Shown one piece after another: positions 61,601 to 64,000 of a stretch of DNA of 64,000 nt. Numbering within the stretch: position 1 is the stretch's first letter; every line of letters starts with the position of its first letter. This DNA is from Antedon mediterranea. Its lineage: Eukaryota; Animalia; Echinodermata. The position numbers and the translations under genes were made by a program. The stretch is from contig NC_092671.1 in NCBI RefSeq assembly GCF_964355755.1, forward strand, positions 35,350,304 through 35,414,303, in the 5' to 3' direction. Under the pieces are notes generated by a model. It was not told where the DNA came from. It worked only from the letters and a program-made list of their open reading frames with translations, and made no database searches.

Positions 61601-62678
61601 GAAAAAATGACAATGCTATGGGTATCAGTGGCTGGATCTGAATGGAGATACAAAATAAAATAAGCACTGAAAAAATGACAATGCTATGGGTACCAGTGGC
61701 TGGATCTCAATGGAGATAACAAATAAAATACCTGAAAATATGACGATGCTGTGGGTATCAGTGGCTTGATCTCAATGGAGATACAAAATAAAATAATCAC
61801 TGAAAGAAATTACAATGCTGTGGGTATCAGTGGCTGGATCTCAATGGAGATAACAAATAAAACAAGCAAAAAGCTGAATCAAAACGATAAAGTAAAACAG
61901 CCAGAAAATTAGCAAAGCTTTCAGGCCACTAGCCCTTCATCAGTACTATAATGTATATAAAGAAAAGGGTGTTCTTCTATGGCCGTGGTTAACATAATAC
62001 AGTATTAAATTAAAACTATGGCAAACACCTATAGCTATTCAGGGGCTAATTAAGGTGTACACTTTCTTGTGTACACTGTGTTCTCCCATAATAGTGTTCT
62101 ATTGTAGTTAGTTAAAGTTGTGATAGCCAGGAAGAATTGAAGATGATTTGGATGAGGATAATCCAGCTCCTTGTTCACACACAAGAATGTGTATTTTGAA
62201 ATAATTGTCCCCAAAAACATGAAAATGAAGATTAATAAAATCAGACTTTAAATAGGCCATTTTGCAGTTTTAATAAAGTTATTCACATTTGTATAAGATT
62301 ATTTCACATACAAAAAGACAAAAGAAACGTTTAATTTTAACAAAAAAAAAACCCCCATTTTCTGACATTTACTGTAAGTACTTTTTGCTTTAAATTACAT
62401 TTTTTCCAGGTAAATAATTTTCGATACAGTTTTTGGTCAAAGTGCATAACTACTATGTGACATTAAAATGGCGTATTCATAAGAAAAAAAAATGTTTAGG
62501 GGCCAATATATCTTTATAAAGAACTCAATCCATTCATATACAGACATTAATTATGCATGTATTGTCATAATATATTCAGGTGTATGGTCTTCTTGGTGAC
62601 ATGATGGAGAATATGGTGGGGATGTTTGAGGACATCAAAATGGAGGAAGATCAGATTATTATGAATGCATTGTCATAG
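43610..62678 (+). CDS. MYCBPAP: MYCBP-associated protein-like (cilia/sperm protein), about 851-888 aa
   Basis: Exons 43610-43664, (46254-46364 uncertain), 47719-47879 (GEDIQALAID), 47963-48134, 48553-48659 (QIIPHSILGTIDDFK), 48837-49005 (ALRNWQ), 49422-49541, 49988-50051 (GSEFW), 50224-50306, 50414-50538, 50649-50770, 51041-51260 (NDGTTTIYYNW), 51553-51816 (QRFYFNTSSGVLLPG..F.FKSPNSGIFTEKW), 52149-52295, 53542-53777, 53873-53982, 54836-54868, 59116-59204, 60551-60730, 62580-62678 (TAG). Phases are consistent. The first coding exon is the least certain. Confidence 0.88.
43706..44114. mobile_element. MITE with TACATGCCAAC termini
   Basis: TACATGCCAACA...TGTTGGCATGTA; right-end copy at 4804-4913; interrupted relative at about 52440-53315. 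Confidence 0.75.
48062..48470 (+). repeat. Tandem duplication (about 117-123 bp, 3.5 copies) of a MYCBPAP exon end plus donor
   Basis: CTGAAAACAAAAACAATAACTGTAGCAAAGCC...TACTCAG|GTAACC repeated; donors after 48134, 48257, 48374. Confidence 0.95.
49013..49086. repeat. Perfect 36-bp-arm palindrome
   Basis: 49013-49048 is the exact reverse complement of 49051-49086. Confidence 0.95.
49660..49945 (-). mobile_element. tRNA-derived SINE family 1
   Basis: Minus strand starts with A-box TGGCCGAGCGG and B-box GGTTCGAGG; related copies at about 225-435 (+, AAT tail), 12125-12370 and 22665-22960. Confidence 0.82.
50789..50981. mobile_element. MITE family A copy
   Basis: Both TIRs present. Confidence 0.88.
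54180..54448 (+). mobile_element. Probable tRNA-derived SINE (third family)
   Basis: A-box TGGCTTGGTGG, B-box-like GATTCAAGT, A-rich tail. Confidence 0.55.
55673..55817. mobile_element. MITE family A copy
   Basis: Both TIRs, TTA flanks. Confidence 0.9.
56781..56906. repeat. 28-bp tandem repeat, about 4.5 copies
   Basis: ATGGCAATTTTGTTTGATGATGACTTG(C/T). Confidence 0.92.
57897..58222. mobile_element. TTAA-associated MITE family (AGATGTATTGTCCCC TIR)
   Basis: TIRs at both ends; homologous copies at about 19190-19490, 33390-33670, 45380-45700, 58780-59065, 62205-62517. Confidence 0.82.
61602..61872. repeat. About 65-75-bp tandem repeat, 4 copies
   Basis: ACAATGCTATGGGTATCAGTGGCTGGATCTCAATGGAGATA repeated. 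Confidence 0.9.
61910..61948 (-). ncRNA. Minimal type I hammerhead ribozyme motif (Penelope/retrozyme-like)
   Basis: Minus strand TAGTA-CTGATGA-AGG(GCTAGTGG)CCT-GAA-AGCT-T-TGCTA: catalytic boxes, stem II, palindromic stem III, 5-bp stem I. Confidence 0.6.
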
Positions 62679-62823
62679 CAACCAGTTCAAGATGGATAAG
62701 TCACAGAGATTCTTCATGCAGAAATGACAGTGAGGCTAGAAAATGAAGAATGTCAGGGAAGAAATGATGGAGAATGTGGAACACAAATTTAGTTTAGGAT
62801 TTAAAATTCCGTCCATTGTATAT

Positions 62824-62960
62824 AATAAAAATAGTAAACAAAAGGTGTTTATGAGCCAAAAAAAGAAAAAAAAAGAGTGAATGCTGTTTGATGTAAGATA
62901 AACAAAAATATGAATTATTTATGGCCTTATTTTAAATTCAATAAATGTATTTACAATAAA
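62824..62960 (+). terminator. MYCBPAP poly(A) signals
   Basis: AATAAA at 62824, 62940 and 62955 downstream of the stop, followed by TGTGTCTTTGTT. Confidence 0.6.
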
Positions 62961-62977
62961 AGCAATGTGTCTTTGTT

Positions 62978-63272
62978 ATTAATAATAATATTAATTCTTA
63001 TATAGCGCATATAAGCAAAATACCTCAATGCGCTGCACATTATTACCCCTGTCATTTTTTGGATCAAACACATGGAAACATACTCCCATAATGCAGCTAG
63101 TAATCAGCGCAAATTTGTGTCTTGTTTATAACTGGGTACCAATTTTATATACCTGGTTGGGGAGAGGCAAATGTAAGTAAAGTGCCTTGCTTAAGGATAT
63201 AAGCAATGCGACGAGAGTTGGATTTGAACCTCATGATCAGAAATCCCATGTCCAACACACTGTACCACGGCC
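62978..63272 (-). mobile_element. tRNA-derived SINE family 2 copy
   Basis: Reverse complement of the 20268 element; B-box GGTTCAAATCC. Confidence 0.82.
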
Positions 63273-64000
63273 TCAATGATGTTATCTTTATTGCCCCAAA
63301 AATAGGCAAACATTTAAACTCTGCCAAATACTGACAATAAACAGTTTTATTTTCATGAAAAATTTACTAATAGTGTAGTAGGGAATTGTATAGCTATAAC
63401 CTTTTCCTATCTGATGTCTTTTTAATGTCATCAAAGACATAAACTGATCGGCAATATTATCTTCTTAGATAATGAAATAAGCTCATTGATTATCTAAACA
63501 AATTCTTAGAAAAATCAATCAAAATTGTTCATCGAAACATGTTTTCTGTTTACAAAACATAAAATGAAACCTTTCCAATATTCTTTTTAATCAATGGCTA
63601 TTAATGGCTATTCCTTGAAAATATTCAAACTTGTGTAATGGTAATAATTTTGACATTAAAATTTACAAAATGACGTTGAGTAATTTTACTTGGAAGCAAA
63701 TATATCCGTAATGTAATCTCACACCAGCAATTGTCAGTATTTTGAATTTTAAATTTTGAATATTTCCACGAATTACTGTATGTTGGCATATTCTCTAATT
63801 TTATTAATAATCCTTTTCGTTTTATTTAGAAATATAATTACCGACAAACCATTAAGCATCATATCCGTGATATGAATACAAACGTGTTTATTCCTTAAAA
63901 TGCAATTTTCTCAATTTTGTGTTTTTCAATTAATTTAAAGAACAAACACCCAAATGTATCATTGCAGCCTAACGTGAATTCGCAATTAAATTTCGAAGAA

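Overview
AT-rich animal genomic DNA, most likely an echinoderm (inferred from a recalled match to the echinoderm microRNA miR-2009). Three spliced protein-coding genes were reconstructed by hand from GT-AG boundaries. FAH lies on the minus strand (11 coding exons, 8405->12, continuing off the left edge). PEMT lies on the minus strand (6 coding exons, 37925->11837, about 231 aa, with a 23-kb intron). MYCBPAP lies on the plus strand (19-20 coding exons, 43610->62678), head-to-head with PEMT. The main finding is inside the 23-kb PEMT intron, on the opposite strand: an array of 8 near-identical ~73-nt hairpins (31990-33251) separated by diverged linkers. It looks CRISPR-like but is best read as an amplified miR-2009 polycistron, with its own candidate TATA/Inr promoter, splice sites and poly(A) signal. 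The rest is rich in repeats: a CArG-box-bearing MITE family (about 18 copies), tRNA-derived SINEs, L2/CR1 3' fragments, a decayed Gypsy-like LTR element, a Helentron-like element, two elements stacked at one GCTAGC target, four tiny P-element-like footprints with 7-bp TSDs, a minimal hammerhead ribozyme motif and several tandem repeats. Homology statements come from memory of the protein and RNA families, not from database searches.
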